A stretch of 64,000 bases of DNA from Sedimentisphaerales bacterium. GTDB taxonomy: Bacteria > Planctomycetota > Phycisphaerae > Sedimentisphaerales > Anaerobacaceae. Position numbers and translations under genes: made by a program. Of the stretch, positions 62,897-64,000 are shown piece after piece. Under the pieces are notes generated by a model, which saw nothing but the letters and a program-made list of their open reading frames with translations, was not told where the DNA came from and did no database searches. Position 1 is the stretch's first letter; every line of letters starts with the position of its first letter. The stretch is taken from the NCBI GenBank assembly GCA_049516395.1, contig JBEKTD010000007.1:47853-111852 (forward strand), written 5' to 3'.

Positions 62897-64000
62897 TTAT
62901 GAGCGTGTTTTGTCGGTATCATCCTTTTTGTGTATCGCTCCCCGCAGGCCCTCCATTTTCAAAAAACCCAGCCGCCAGACAATAAGAAACGATACGAGGA
63001 AAATCGCCGCGCACACAATGACGGAGTATCTCGTTCGAATCATGCTTACTAAAATACCTGCGAATGTATAAAGCCCGGCGAGCGCATAACATATACCGAC
63101 TGTTCGATTCAAGGGTATGCCGCGGTCAATCATCTGGTCATAAATATGGCCGCGGTCCGAGACAAACAAGGGCCTTTTATTGATAAACCGTCTCAATAAG
63201 GCGGTTCCTGTGTCCAATATCGGCAGTCCGAACACGACTATTGACGCCATCCACCAGCGGGGGACTATGCGGGCAAACATCATCATAATCGCCGCGACGA
63301 CAAACCCAAGCAACATAGAGCCGGCATCGCCCATAAATATCTTGGCGGGATGTCGATTGAAAGGCAGAAACCCACAAACTCCGCCTAAAAGTGCAAGGCA
63401 AACGATAACCCTGGTTATATCGCCATGCACGCTGCTGAAGACGTATGTGGAACGACGGAGTACAAGAATCAGCAACCCAATGGTCATTATAACAGTTACC
63501 CCCCCGCACAGACCATCAAGCCCGTCCAACAGATTCAGCGAGTTGGTGGCCCCAAGAACGAAGAAAATAACAATCGGAATAGCAATCACTATTTCGGTGG
63601 TATTCGACATCGTTTGCCAGCCAAGAGGTTTAACAATCTCACTTAGGTCCGGCCAGATTCCTGCCAGTATAATGAACACTGCGGCAAAAATCTGGCCGAG
63701 CATCTTCTTACCGGGACTGATATCGAGAATGTCATCGACAACGCCGATAAAACAGGCTATAATGGCCCCCATAATTACACCGAAAAGCCGCTGCATTATT
63801 ACTGGCAGACCGGTTCGGTCGCGGATAATATAAACACCGCACAATATACCGACGAAAAGACCGATTAGCACCCCGACGCCGCCAAGGTAAGCGACCGGCC
63901 TTTTATGTGTTTTGACGAGGTTGTCGGGCTTGTCAACTATGTCGAACCGAATCGCAACAGCTTTGCAGCACCATGTGGCAAACAACGCACAAACAAAAGA
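62897..64000 (-). CDS. glycosyltransferase family 4 polyprenyl-phosphate sugar-1-phosphate transferase (MraY/WecA family); the 5' end probably lies beyond the right window edge
   Basis: NSLNLLDGLDGLCGG and FMGDAGSMLLGF motifs. The reading frame stays open from 63985 to 64000, and a typical first TM helix is missing. Confidence 0.8.
   Translation of the reverse strand, partial: SFVCALFATWCCKAVAIRFDIVDKPDNLVKTHKRPVAYLGGVGVLIGLFVGILCGVYIIRDRTGLPVIMQRLFGVIMGAIIACFIGVVDDILDISPGKKMLGQIFAAVFIILAGIWPDLSEIVKPLGWQTMSNTTEIVIAIPIVIFFVLGATNSLNLLDGLDGLCGGVTVIMTIGLLILVLRRSTYVFSSVHGDITRVIVCLALLGGVCGFLPFNRHPAKIFMGDAGSMLLGFVVAAIMMMFARIVPRWWMASIVVFGLPILDTGTALLRRFINKRPLFVSDRGHIYDQMIDRGIPLNRTVGICYALAGLYTFAGILVSMIRTRYSVIVCAAIFLVSFLIVWRLGFLKMEGLRGAIHKKDDTDKTRS

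Overview
By gene content this 64-kb chromosomal segment looks planctomycete (Phycisphaerae-like). It has DUF1559/H-X9-DG prepilin-type proteins, PEP-CTERM and dockerin-like tagged secreted proteins, an ECF sigma factor next to a Ser/Thr kinase, and a murC-murB-ddl-ftsQ block with no ftsA/ftsZ after it. Layout: (i) 1-14 kb is a minus-strand phosphate/polyphosphate supercluster (ppx fragment, two stand-alone HD proteins of which one is frameshifted, CHAD, PPK2, phoU-pstBACS, porin, phoRB), with 11-bp-phased TGTTA repeats that look like Pho boxes. (ii) 14.2-14.4 kb holds a 5' half of a tRNA(CAU) next to a 90-bp MITE-like repeat that recurs at 40.0 kb. (iii) 14.5-22.3 kb is the most interesting locus: a translationally coupled operon joining the orphan AmmeMemoRadiSam trio (radical SAM, Memo-AMMECR1 fusion) to a 60-aa Tat-signal micro-protein, a 1287-aa MFS/spermidine-synthase-like + FMN_bind + NapH-like fusion, and the flavin transferase ApbE. 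(iv) 22.5-47.5 kb is accessory cell-envelope and signalling content: a giant beta-helix adhesin, a kinase carrying an anti-sigma zinc motif, an ECF sigma with an anti-sigma carrying four HxxxCxxC motifs, a secreted C39-like peptidase with an in-cis double-glycine motif and a Cys-rich tail, a WYL regulator followed by a possible structured RNA and two tiny coupled ORFs, and tandem GLUG paralogs. (v) 47.5-64 kb holds ispD, a DUF2975/YozG pair, an AT-rich islet with HNH-type genes bracketed by 18-bp direct repeats, the dcw fragment, a GT35-like protein lacking the PLP lysine, and a partial GT4 transferase. Several families of short dispersed repeats bracket individual accessory genes. I saw no CRISPR array, rRNA, integrase or transposase. 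All calls come from reading the ORF track and the sequence by eye; no database search was run.
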